A stretch of DNA of 64,000 nucleotides from positions 7,766 to 71,765 of the forward strand of contig CASFPB010000039.1 of the NCBI GenBank assembly GCA_949296605.1, in the 5' to 3' direction. Below, in pieces: positions 55,303 to 64,000 of the stretch. This stretch comes from an uncultured bacterium (GTDB lineage: Bacteria > Bacillota_I > Bacilli_A > RF39 > UBA660). Both the position numbers and the translations under genes were made by a program. Numbering within the stretch: the stretch's first letter is position 1; the number at the start of each line of letters is the position of its first letter. The notes beneath the pieces were generated by a model. That model did not search any database. It was not told the origin of the DNA and worked only from the letters and a program-made list of their open reading frames with translations.

Positions 55303-57090
55303 ATGTACGGAGAAAAAAATCAAGATGCATTAGTTGATTTATTTGTTGATAATGGATTTATTATACCTAGTGATCCTCAAAAAATGATGCTTTTTTCTAA
55401 AGAATCATCAATATTTGGAAGAGATGCACTTATAAATAAATTGATAGAATTAAAAAAGAAAGCAAAAGGAAAAGAAAACATAAGTGGATTTATCCCAGTA
55501 ATAATAAATTCAATTGAAGAAATAGAAAAAATTATTAATGATGATGAATTTTCAAGATTATCTGATCCTAATTTAATTTCTACAATTCAAAACTTATTTG
55601 ACAAAATAAAAAGAATAGGTAATTTTAAGGCTTATAATGAAGCTCAAATATTTATGCTAGAGCAAAAATCATTAATGTATGATTCAGCAAGAGCGTTGTT
55701 TGATTTACAAAATAACAAAACAGCAAGTCAAGCCCAAAAAACAAAAATGACTTTAGAATTGTGTGATAAAAAAGAAAAGTCTGAAAAGGAATTTTTAAAA
55801 GCGGCAGCAGCATTTAGAGATGAAGAAAAGAAATTAAATAGTTTCAATTTAACGGATTTAAAAAATGAAGCTTTAAAATATATTAATAGCTTAGAAGATA
55901 ACATAAAAAGAATAGCTTTAAATTCAGCTAATAAGGAAAAAGTTCAATCACTTGTTGTAAAATTGAGAGATGATGTTGTTTATTATGGATTAGAAGCAGT
56001 TAGAGCTCAAGCTGAACTTGACGAATTATGTAAAAGAGTCGGAGTAGTATATGATGCTAATGAACAAAAAGAATTAAAAGAACCTGAAGTCAATAAAGAA
56101 AAAGAACCAGAAAGTGTTCCAAACTTTTTTGACACTCCAACGCCTGCGATAGCTGCTGAACAAAATTTAACATCAGAACCACCAGTTGAAAGCCCTGTAA
56201 GTGAAGACATAAAACTAACAAGTGATTTTTCAAAAAGATTTCTAGATGCAGCCAAAAGATTAAATGAACCTGAAACTCATTCATTGGATACAAGTGAAGA
56301 ACCAACAACAGTTTTAAATCCAGATGAAGTAAAAAAACATTTAAGTGACTCAATGCGAATTAAAAATAGAATTACTAGGTTTATGGGATTGTTAAAAGCT
56401 CGAAATCCATTTACTGATTTTGAAGTTGTTGATGATTCAATGGATGATACATATGATGCTCATATAATAAGTTCTGACCCAATAGAAAAAATATTTTTAC
56501 CAAATAATTATGAATTAGTAAATAGATACATTACAAATACTCATACTGATGAACCACCAGTAAAATATTTGATTACAGAAAGAAAAAAAGAAGAAAATTT
56601 AACAGAACCTGATAAAAATGAATTGTCTGAAGGTCAAGAAGCACCTGTTATAAATGAACCTGATGAAAAATCAAAACAAAGCAGTGAATCAATGGCTCAA
56701 AAAGAAAAAGTTCATAGAACAAGAGGGGCCATAATGGGAAAATTTCCAAAAGCACTTCTTACTCATCTAGGAATTTATAAATTATTATCAAAAATAAATA
56801 ATAGAGGTAAAAATATAGAAATTCCTGAATTAGAAAAAGCATCTGGAGAAATATCTAAAAAAGTTGATGGTAGTAGTATATCATCATCATTAAATGCTAC
56901 GCCTCAAGAAAAAGCAAGAGAAGGTGTTAAAAGAGGAATAAAATTATTCGGAGGATATAGAGGAAGAAGAACAGCAAGTGCAATGGCTAAAAAAGATATT
57001 CCTAAGCAACAAAAGGTAGATAATCCAATGGAAGGCTTAGAAGATTTATATGCAGAAATTGAAAATTTAACTGGTAGCATGGGGAGGTAA
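55303..57090 (+). CDS. Hypothetical 595-aa protein: helical N-half, acidic Pro/Glu-rich low-complexity centre, basic C-terminus
   Basis: Long ORF with RBS agagaggt. No catalytic or family motif recognised. Confidence 0.6.
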   Translation: MYGEKNQDALVDLFVDNGFIIPSDPQKMMLFSKESSIFGRDALINKLIELKKKAKGKENISGFIPVIINSIEEIEKIINDDEFSRLSDPNLISTIQNLFDKIKRIGNFKAYNEAQIFMLEQKSLMYDSARALFDLQNNKTASQAQKTKMTLELCDKKEKSEKEFLKAAAAFRDEEKKLNSFNLTDLKNEALKYINSLEDNIKRIALNSANKEKVQSLVVKLRDDVVYYGLEAVRAQAELDELCKRVGVVYDANEQKELKEPEVNKEKEPESVPNFFDTPTPAIAAEQNLTSEPPVESPVSEDIKLTSDFSKRFLDAAKRLNEPETHSLDTSEEPTTVLNPDEVKKHLSDSMRIKNRITRFMGLLKARNPFTDFEVVDDSMDDTYDAHIISSDPIEKIFLPNNYELVNRYITNTHTDEPPVKYLITERKKEENLTEPDKNELSEGQEAPVINEPDEKSKQSSESMAQKEKVHRTRGAIMGKFPKALLTHLGIYKLLSKINNRGKNIEIPELEKASGEISKKVDGSSISSSLNATPQEKAREGVKRGIKLFGGYRGRRTASAMAKKDIPKQQKVDNPMEGLEDLYAEIENLTGSMGR

Positions 57091-57093
57091 AAA

Positions 57094-57378
57094 ATGAAGG
57101 TTGATACTGTGATAACTTTAGAAAACAATGAAAATTGTTTATTGCTTGAAAAAGCAGTTTATGAAAATAATAATTATTTTTTATCAGTAATTTTAAACGA
57201 ATTTGAAGAACCTAGCGAAGATTATGTAATATTAAAAGAAATTTTGGATGAAGGAGAAAAATTTGTTGAAAGAGTAACAAATGACGATTTAATATCTGAA
57301 CTTTTAAATTTATTTTCAAAAAATTTCAGCAAATTAGTTGATGAATTACCGAATTTAAATGAAGAAGGTGCAATGTAG
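57094..57378 (+). CDS. Small acidic protein, DUF1292-like
   Basis: The 94-aa pattern VITLENNENCLLLEKAVYENNNYFLSVILNEFEEPSEDYVILKEI resembles DUF1292. It starts 3 nt after the upstream stop. Confidence 0.4.
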   Translation: MKVDTVITLENNENCLLLEKAVYENNNYFLSVILNEFEEPSEDYVILKEILDEGEKFVERVTNDDLISELLNLFSKNFSKLVDELPNLNEEGAM

Positions 57379-57445
57379 CATCTTTTTTTTAATATTGATA
57401 GAAATTTTGTAATTAATATAATATAATAAAATTGGAGTTGATATT

Positions 57446-57865
57446 ATGGATTGGATTTTTTGGTTAATGCTAGTAATTGTATTATCGATAATTGAAATAG
57501 CAACTGTTAACCTTTTAACAATATGGTTTGTAATAAGTGGAATAGTAGCATTAATATTATCTTTTTTTATAAAGGATACCGCAATAGTTTCTACTATATT
57601 TGCAGTATTGGGGATAATACTATTGTTTACAACTAGACCCTTATTTTATAAATTATTGAAACCCAAAAATGAAAAAACAAATTTTGATCGTATTATTGGT
57701 AAAGTTGGTATAGTAACTGAAGAAATTAAACGTAATCAAATCGGAGAAGTAAAAGTTGATGGAAAAAAATGGAGTGCAATAAGCAATAAAAAAATTGAAG
57801 TTGGCAAAGAAGTCATAATTGAAGCAATTGAAGGCGTAAAATTATTAGTAAAGGAGAGTGATTAA
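57446..57865 (+). CDS. NfeD family membrane protein
   Basis: Three N-terminal TMs plus a C-terminal OB-like GKVGIVTEEI...GEVKVDGKKWSA. Precedes the SPFH gene. Confidence 0.8.
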   Translation: MDWIFWLMLVIVLSIIEIATVNLLTIWFVISGIVALILSFFIKDTAIVSTIFAVLGIILLFTTRPLFYKLLKPKNEKTNFDRIIGKVGIVTEEIKRNQIGEVKVDGKKWSAISNKKIEVGKEVIIEAIEGVKLLVKESD

Positions 57866-57866
57866 T

Positions 57867-58772
57867 ATGCCAGAAATGTTATTTGCATTATTAATAATTG
57901 TATTAATAATAGTTATACCAAATATTAAAATTGTTCCACAAGCAAAAAGCTATGTTATTGAAAGACTAGGTTCTTATTACACAACATGGCAAAATGGCCT
58001 ACATTTTAAAATACCTTTTATAGACTCTATTTCTAATAGAGTATCTTTAAAAGAAACAGTAAAAGATTTTGCACCTCAACCAGTAATTACAAAAGATAAT
58101 GTTACAATGCAAATTGATACAGTAGTATATTTTCAAATAACAGATGCCAAATTATATACTTATGGAGTAGATTATCCAATAAGCGCAATAGAAAATTTAA
58201 CAGCAACAACACTAAGAAATATAATCGGAGAATTAGAGCTGGATCAAACTCTTACAAGTAGAGACATAATCAACTCAAAAATGCGTGCAATACTAGATGA
58301 AGCAACTGATCCTTGGGGAATAAAAGTAAATCGTGTTGAAGTAAAAAATATATTGCCACCTCGTGATATTCAAGATGCAATGGAAAAACAAATGCGTGCA
58401 GAAAGAGAAAGAAGAGAAAAAATACTTCAAGCTGAAGGTGAAAAAAAATCAAGTATATTAATTGCAGAAGGTGAAAAAGAAAGCACAATATTAAGAGCAG
58501 AAGCACAAAAAATGAGCCAAATTAAAATAGCTGAAGGACAAGCAGAAGCATTACTTAAAATAAAAGAAGCAGAAGCAGAAGGCCTAAGGCTATTAAAAGA
58601 AGCAAAAGCTGATGAATCAGTTTTAAGACTTAAAAGCTATGAAACATTAGCAAAGGTAGCTGATGGTAAATCTACAAAAATTATAGTTCCTGCTGAATTA
58701 CAAGGTGTAGCAACGTTTGGAACCATGATTAAAGAGACTATAGAAGAAAAAGATAAAAAAAGTAAAAATTAG
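57867..58772 (+). CDS. SPFH/Band 7 (stomatin-like) protein
   Basis: VPQAKSYVIERLGSYYTTWQNGLHFKIPFID, a PHB domain, and a coiled-coil AEGEK repeat tail. RBS aaggagag upstream. Confidence 0.85.
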   Translation: MPEMLFALLIIVLIIVIPNIKIVPQAKSYVIERLGSYYTTWQNGLHFKIPFIDSISNRVSLKETVKDFAPQPVITKDNVTMQIDTVVYFQITDAKLYTYGVDYPISAIENLTATTLRNIIGELELDQTLTSRDIINSKMRAILDEATDPWGIKVNRVEVKNILPPRDIQDAMEKQMRAERERREKILQAEGEKKSSILIAEGEKESTILRAEAQKMSQIKIAEGQAEALLKIKEAEAEGLRLLKEAKADESVLRLKSYETLAKVADGKSTKIIVPAELQGVATFGTMIKETIEEKDKKSKN

Positions 58773-58785
58773 TTATGAAAAAAAG

Positions 58786-58812
58786 ACATATTATTGAATT
58801 AATATGTTTTTT
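58786..58812 (+). terminator. Intrinsic terminator after the nfeD-SPFH operon
   Basis: 8-bp stem acatatta(58786-58793)/taatatgt(58800-58807) followed by a T-run. Confidence 0.65.
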
Positions 58813-58911
58813 AATGCCCAAGTGTTGTGTTTCAAATTTAAATTGTCAATTTACTTATTGATTGACTTTTAGATAAAAACACAATAAAATTAAATTATTC
58901 GGGAGTATAAA

Positions 58912-59403
58912 ATGGATTTATTTTTTTATTTTTTAGGTTTTGCTATTGCTGTTGTTATTCTTTTTTTATCTAATGCTTATTGGAAAAACAAATACGAAAA
59001 GATGGGTATTAATATATCTTATAAAAAGTATAATGATTATATAAAAAATAAATATGTATATTTTTGTTATAATGATAATAATTTTATATTATCTAATCAA
59101 CTCAATAAAATTATTATTATTGAAAATGGTGTTTTGAAGTATGATAATATTATTATAAAATTAGATTTAATTAAAAAAATAAAATACTCGTATGTTTATC
59201 CTTTTAAATTAAACAGGAGTTTATTTGATATTATTAAAGTTTATATTTATTTAAAAAATGACGATATAGTCAATTTGATTCCTCCACCAAATATGGAAAT
59301 TTGGTATAAACTTTCATTTATCCTAGTTGTTAGCATGATTATTAATAATTATACTAATAATAAATTTAACTTAGTTACACATATTAAAGAATTAGAAATT
59401 TAA
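58912..59403 (+). CDS. Hypothetical protein with one N-terminal TM (163 aa)
   Basis: ORF with RBS gggag. No motif recognised. Confidence 0.45.
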   Translation: MDLFFYFLGFAIAVVILFLSNAYWKNKYEKMGINISYKKYNDYIKNKYVYFCYNDNNFILSNQLNKIIIIENGVLKYDNIIIKLDLIKKIKYSYVYPFKLNRSLFDIIKVYIYLKNDDIVNLIPPPNMEIWYKLSFILVVSMIINNYTNNKFNLVTHIKELEI

Positions 59404-59446
59404 AAATTTATTGTATAATAAAAATTTATTGTATAATAAATTTATA
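59403..59446 (+). repeat. Tandem 18-nt duplication (2.4 copies)
   Basis: aaaatttattgtataata at 59403-59420 is repeated exactly at 59421-59438, followed by a partial third copy. Each copy contains tgtataat. Confidence 0.8.
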
Positions 59447-59636
59447 CTTATATATTTAGGCCATTTACCAATAAGCTAAAAAAATAATTGCTTTTTTTCT
59501 TTAAACCTTATATTAAAATTTTTGCTAGAAATCATAGTAACACTTTTATTAATATTTTTAATTTATAATTCTAAAAGCAACGCCATTATTTAAACAATTT
59601 TCAATTTTGATTCTGTCAGACAATTTAGTGTATTTA

Positions 59637-60336
59637 TTATAATTTAATATTATTGCCATAAGTTACCCAATTTCTAAATTTATAATAAATCTCTTCGGTT
59701 AATCTAATTTTATTAGCTTTTATAGGTAATAATTTAGTAAAGTTTTTAAGACACATCTTTTGAATAAGAATGTGGTCTAAATGTAATAAATTTAATATAT
59801 TTATTAGAAATATGACCTTCCATAAAATAAGGACATTTATAACTAGGACGATTTTGATTAATAATTCCATCAATTTGATTAATTAGATAATTTTGTTTTT
59901 GAATCGTTTGCTTTTTGTTAGGGATAAAGATTATATTAAGCCTTCACTAAAATTTTAAATTCATTAATGATCTTACTTCTTAAATAACTATCAGCAATAC
60001 TAGTAATATTTAGTTCTTTTTTAAAGATATAGTTTAAAGCTTTTATATAATGGATTTATCAAGAACAAAAATAATATTAGGAAATGCAATATCATATCCT
60101 GTAATCCATAAACCACAATCACTAGAAAGAAAAATTTTATCAATAAAATCATATATTGCATCTAAATATTCAAGTGTGTTTCTTAAAATATCTAAATTAA
60201 AAGTATTAGTTGTATTAAAAATACTATGTTTTAATTCATACAGGAATAAATTAATATCTAAAAAGTTATTTATGGGATTAACAAAACTGTTAAATAAAGA
60301 TATAATATTCATAAAAAAACAACTCCTTAAAACCAT
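59637..60336 (-). pseudogene. Probable multiply frameshifted remnant of an unidentified gene
   Basis: Four consecutive minus-strand reading-frame pieces abut within a few nt of each other in different frames: MVLRSC...FVLDKSII / KALNYIFKKELNITSIADSYLRSKIINEFKILVKA / IIFIPNKKQTIQKQNYLINQIDG...RPHSYSKDVS / KNFTKLLPIKANKIRLTEEIYYKFRNWVTYGNNIKL. Confidence 0.35.
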
Positions 60337-60484
60337 TTAAACTTCGAGTTTTTACTAGAGGTCTATGTATATTTTGTTACAAATTAATTATATAATAGTA
60401 TTAAATTTTTGAGTGTTTTCCATTTTTTTATTTAATAATCTATTTTCCAGTATCTAGTTTATTACATAATATTTACTGTAAAAT

Positions 60485-60513
60485 TTGACAATTTTTTTAT
60501 AAATAATTATAAT
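60485..60513 (+). promoter_or_regulatory. Perfect-consensus SigA promoter
   Basis: TTGACA (60485-60490), 17-nt spacer, TATAAT (60508-60513). It lies 27 nt upstream of the ATG at 60540. Confidence 0.65.
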
Positions 60514-60539
60514 ACAAGCTAATTAAAAAGGGGGATACA

Positions 60540-61475
60540 ATGATCAAATTAAGTGAAAATGAAATTTATAGTGGATTTGAAGGAATAGGATTAGATGGAA
60601 TTAGTGATAGCAAATTAACTGCTTTATTTACGTTTGTTAGTAAAGCAAAAAATTCCTTTCAAGTAGCACAAATAGAAAATCAAATTAAAGGACTAGATAA
60701 GTTATCACTAGAAGAAATAAAAGATATAGCAAAATCTTTTTACACCAAATATTTTAGATTACCCAAAATAAATACTATAAGTCCAGAAACATTAAATAAA
60801 ATATGGGATTATTATGATAGTGTGTTTGGTAAAATAGATTATAAAATAGTAAATACTTTTTTAAATGAACAAGAACTATTTGATATTCCAATAGATATAG
60901 ATGATAATAACGAGATTTATGGAAGGGTTAATAAAAGTATTGTTACTGACCGTTTTAACTTATTAGACAAAGATAGAAAAAAATATTTTTTAAGTATAGA
61001 ATTAGGTAGAAGTTTAACATTAATGACGCCTTCATTATTAGTTCATGAATATGCCCACATACTTCAAGAAAATGTTTTGGGATATGCTAAAGATTGTTTA
61101 AATGCTGAGATAATATCAATGTTTCTTGAAAAGGTTATGGCATATGAAATAGATAGTAATGGGGTAATACTTGCATTAAATGAAAGACTAAGATTTGCAC
61201 ACTTAATATCAGAATGTGAAAGTATAAAAGAAGAAAAAAATGATATGTTTAGATATGCATTATTAGTTTATATAAAAGCTACCATCATAGCAGGAAAGAT
61301 GTTTGACATGTATTTACGTGAAAAAAGATTAGGAGAAAAAGATAAATATATGTATGATATACAAGATGTTTTTGATGGCAAAAAAACGGTTGAAGATGTA
61401 ATTATGGGAAGAAATATAACCATCAAACAATGCCAAAAACCTAACCTTTTAGCTAGAAGAGCACACTTAAAATAA
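60540..61475 (+). CDS. Hypothetical protein with HExxH zinc-metallopeptidase motif
   Basis: RBS aaaggggga upstream. LLVHEYAHILQEN is the only motif recognised. Length is 311 aa. Confidence 0.55.
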   Translation: MIKLSENEIYSGFEGIGLDGISDSKLTALFTFVSKAKNSFQVAQIENQIKGLDKLSLEEIKDIAKSFYTKYFRLPKINTISPETLNKIWDYYDSVFGKIDYKIVNTFLNEQELFDIPIDIDDNNEIYGRVNKSIVTDRFNLLDKDRKKYFLSIELGRSLTLMTPSLLVHEYAHILQENVLGYAKDCLNAEIISMFLEKVMAYEIDSNGVILALNERLRFAHLISECESIKEEKNDMFRYALLVYIKATIIAGKMFDMYLREKRLGEKDKYMYDIQDVFDGKKTVEDVIMGRNITIKQCQKPNLLARRAHLK

Positions 61476-61538
61476 AATATTTTTATTGCCTCTTTTAAAC
61501 ATTTTATGATAATATTTGATTGATATAAAGGAGATAAA

Positions 61539-63719
61539 ATGTTTGCAAGCATAATAATAGAATACAATGTTCAAAAATTAGATAAAACCTTCATATATAA
61601 AATACCAACTGAATTGGAACAAAAAATTAAAATAGGAATGAAAGTATATGTTCCATTTGGAAATCAAAAAATAATAGGTTTTGTCATAGATATTATGAAA
61701 AATATAGAAAGTCAAGATTATGATATAAAAGAAGTAATTAAAATTGAAGATGAAAAATTAGTATTAAGTCAAGAATTAATGGAAGTTGGAAAATATTTAT
61801 CAGAAGTAACAATGTGTTCCTTAATAACGGCATATCAAACAATGCTTCCAAATAGTTTAAAAATAAAAAAACAAAAGCACAATTATGAACTTTTAGAAGA
61901 ATATTTATCAATAAAAGATTTAAATAAAGCCAAAGAATATATAAACGTTTACAAAAGAAGAATAAAACAAATAGAAATTTTAAATGAAATTATAAAAAAA
62001 GGAAGGATACCTAAAAAAGGTATATCATCAACAAATATAAAACAATTAATTGAAAATAATATAATAAAAATTGAAAAAGAAAAAAAATATAGAATAAATA
62101 TAGAAAATAATAATTTAATAATAAAAAATTTAACTGATGAACAAAAAAAAGTTTATGAAAAAGTAGATTTTTCAAATTATAAAACATATTTACTTTATGG
62201 TATTACAGGAAGTGGCAAAACAGAAGTGTACATAAATCTTATAAAAAGGAGTTTAGAATTAGGTAAAACTGCAATAATGCTTGTCCCAGAAATTGGACTT
62301 ACTACGCAAATTGCAAAAAGATTTTATGAAGCATTTGGAAGCAATGTAGCAATATTACATAGTTCATTATCTAGTGGAGAAAGATACGATGAATATATAA
62401 AAATAATGAATGAAGAAGTTAAAATAGTGGTTGGAACTAGAAGTGCAATATTTGCCCCACTTAAAAATTTAGGAATTATCATAATTGATGAAGAAGATAG
62501 CGCTAGTTATAAACAGGATAATAACCCTAAATATCACGCAAGAGATATAGCAATATATAGAGGAAAATATAATAATATACCAGTAATATTAGGTTCAGCT
62601 ACACCATCACTTGAATCAAAAGCAAGAGCAGATAAATCTGTTTATCAACTATTAAAATTAGATAAAAGAGTTGGAAATGCCAAATTACCAATAATTCACA
62701 TAGTGGATATGGAAAAAGAAATTAAGAAAAAAAATACTATATTTAGCGATTTATTAAAAGAAAAAATTATTGAAAAAATAAACAAAAAGGAACAAATAAT
62801 ACTTCTTTTAAATAGAAGGGGATTTTCAACATTTATAACATGTAGTAATTGTGGTTATGTGTATAAGTGTCCTAACTGTGATATAACATTAACATACCAT
62901 AAAAGTTCTAATAATTTAGTTTGTCATTACTGTGGATATCAAAAAAGAAAAGATGAAAAATGCCCAATATGTCATGAAGAAAGTTTAAATTATTATGGTT
63001 TAGGAACAGAAAAATTAGAAGAAAAAATAAGAGAGTTATTTCCAAGTATTAGAGTCATAAGAATGGATCAAGATACTACAAGAAATAAAGGCATGCATGA
63101 AAAGATAATAAATGATTTTAAAAATCAAAAATATGATTTATTATTAGGAACACAAATGATAAGTAAAGGATTAGATTTTGAAAAAGTATCTTTAGTTGGT
63201 GTATTAAATGCTGATATAACATTAAATATGCCAGATTATAAAAGTAGTGAAAATTCTTTTTCTTTATTAAACCAAGTAGCAGGTAGAGCAGGAAGAAGTG
63301 AAATTTTAGGAGAAGTAATAATTCAAACTTATAATCCAGATAATTACGTTATAAAATGTGTTCAAAATAATAGTTATGATAATTTTTATTTACAAGAAAT
63401 GCAATTTAGAAGAAAACTAAAATATCCACCATATTATTATTTAATAAGTTTAAAAATAATAGGAAAAGATTATGATAAAGCAATAGAATATGCTAAAAAA
63501 ACAAAGAGATTTTTAGAAAGTAATTTAAATAAAGAAACAATTATTTTAGGGCCTACAACTGCAGCAGTTTTTAAATATAACAATGAATTTAGAATGCAAA
63601 TATTAATTAAATATAAAAAAGATAATGATTTAATAACTACCTTAAAAAATTTAAAAGATATATTTATTAATGTAAAAGATTGTTATTTAGATATAGATTC
63701 TAATCCTATAAGGGTATAA
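61539..63719 (+). CDS. priA: Primosomal protein N' (replication restart helicase PriA)
   Basis: Walker A GITGSGKTEVY, DEED box IIIDEEDSASYKQ, and zinc-binding CSNCGYVYKCPNCDITLTYHK...CHYCGY. Confidence 0.92.
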   Translation: MFASIIIEYNVQKLDKTFIYKIPTELEQKIKIGMKVYVPFGNQKIIGFVIDIMKNIESQDYDIKEVIKIEDEKLVLSQELMEVGKYLSEVTMCSLITAYQTMLPNSLKIKKQKHNYELLEEYLSIKDLNKAKEYINVYKRRIKQIEILNEIIKKGRIPKKGISSTNIKQLIENNIIKIEKEKKYRINIENNNLIIKNLTDEQKKVYEKVDFSNYKTYLLYGITGSGKTEVYINLIKRSLELGKTAIMLVPEIGLTTQIAKRFYEAFGSNVAILHSSLSSGERYDEYIKIMNEEVKIVVGTRSAIFAPLKNLGIIIIDEEDSASYKQDNNPKYHARDIAIYRGKYNNIPVILGSATPSLESKARADKSVYQLLKLDKRVGNAKLPIIHIVDMEKEIKKKNTIFSDLLKEKIIEKINKKEQIILLLNRRGFSTFITCSNCGYVYKCPNCDITLTYHKSSNNLVCHYCGYQKRKDEKCPICHEESLNYYGLGTEKLEEKIRELFPSIRVIRMDQDTTRNKGMHEKIINDFKNQKYDLLLGTQMISKGLDFEKVSLVGVLNADITLNMPDYKSSENSFSLLNQVAGRAGRSEILGEVIIQTYNPDNYVIKCVQNNSYDNFYLQEMQFRRKLKYPPYYYLISLKIIGKDYDKAIEYAKKTKRFLESNLNKETIILGPTTAAVFKYNNEFRMQILIKYKKDNDLITTLKNLKDIFINVKDCYLDIDSNPIRV

Positions 63720-63795
63720 GAAATGTAAAATAGTATAAATATGTTTAAAAAAAATAAAAAATATGATATCCTTTTATTAGGAGGATGATATTAAT

Positions 63796-64000
63796 ATGTG
63801 GATTATTGGAGTAATAATAGCTATTATAGTTATACTTATAATATGGGTTATTTCAGTTTATAATAATTTAGTAGGTCTTAAAAATAGAGTAAAAGATCAA
63901 TGGGCACAAATAGATGTTCAATTAAAAAGAAGATTTGATTTAATTCCTAACTTAGTAGAAACAGTTAAAGGCTATACAAAACATGAATCAGAAACATTAG
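63796..64000 (+). CDS. lemA: LemA family protein, 5' part (runs off window)
   Basis: N-terminal TM followed by [39 protein letters not shown]. Confidence 0.85.
   Translation, partial: MWIIGVIIAIIVILIIWVISVYNNLVGLKNRVKDQWAQIDVQLKRRFDLIPNLVETVKGYTKHESETL

Noticed and set aside
58840-58870. Inverted repeat gtcaat-N10-attgac upstream of the 58912 gene, considered as a possible operator.
   Set aside because: It is only 6-bp arms in AT-rich DNA, with no second copy elsewhere in the window and no adjacent regulator gene. That is insufficient support.
60050-60340. Plus-strand 96-aa ORF mirroring the minus-strand 97-aa ORF at 60043-60336.
   Set aside because: The two cannot both be real. The plus-strand ORF has no RBS and no continuation, whereas the minus-strand frame continues (with frameshifts) into further ORF pieces. 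Both may be non-functional.

Overview
This is a chromosomal, almost fully coding window from an extremely AT-rich, endospore-forming Firmicute. Gene content and synteny look Bacilli/Erysipelotrichia-like. Recognisable genes are tmcAL(5' end), miaA, rpsT, gerM-like, gerE, spoIIIAH-like, ezrA, nifZ-thiI, ackA, nrnA, recX, prsA, cysK, cotE, rpsP-khpA, sigK, polA-mutM, a gerK-type (A-C-B) germinant receptor operon, an rlmCD-like gene, yqeG-yqeH-mutL, yceD-rpmF, nfeD-SPFH, priA and lemA(5' end). The standard code applies, since TGA is used as a stop. I recognised no rRNA, tRNA, CRISPR array, transposase or integrase. The standout is a ~10 kb locus (22674-32802) between the rpsP-khpA operon and polA. 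It holds three giant paralogous proteins (1135, 1201 and 775 aa) made of tandem ~75-83 aa helical repeats, each ending in a shared sigma-region-4-like HTH domain. Two of the three carry an embedded sigma-70 domain: one is a complete SigA/RpoD-like domain, the other is divergent and has lost the Trp dyad. An intact pro-sigK gene sits on the opposite strand between the second and third. I do not recognise this architecture as a described family. Secondary observations are: (1) a candidate Cys-codon leader-peptide attenuator upstream of cysK; (2) two tandem tiny YjcZ-like sporulation genes absent from the ORF track; (3) a Tyr-rich 66-aa CotC-like ORF; (4) two paralogous Cys-rich proteins sharing a two-TM hairpin module inside core operons; (5) a GNAT pseudogene with two in-frame stops; (6) a ~1.1 kb decayed, gene-poor patch. 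All functional calls rest on motif recognition by eye and remembered synteny, and no database search was possible.
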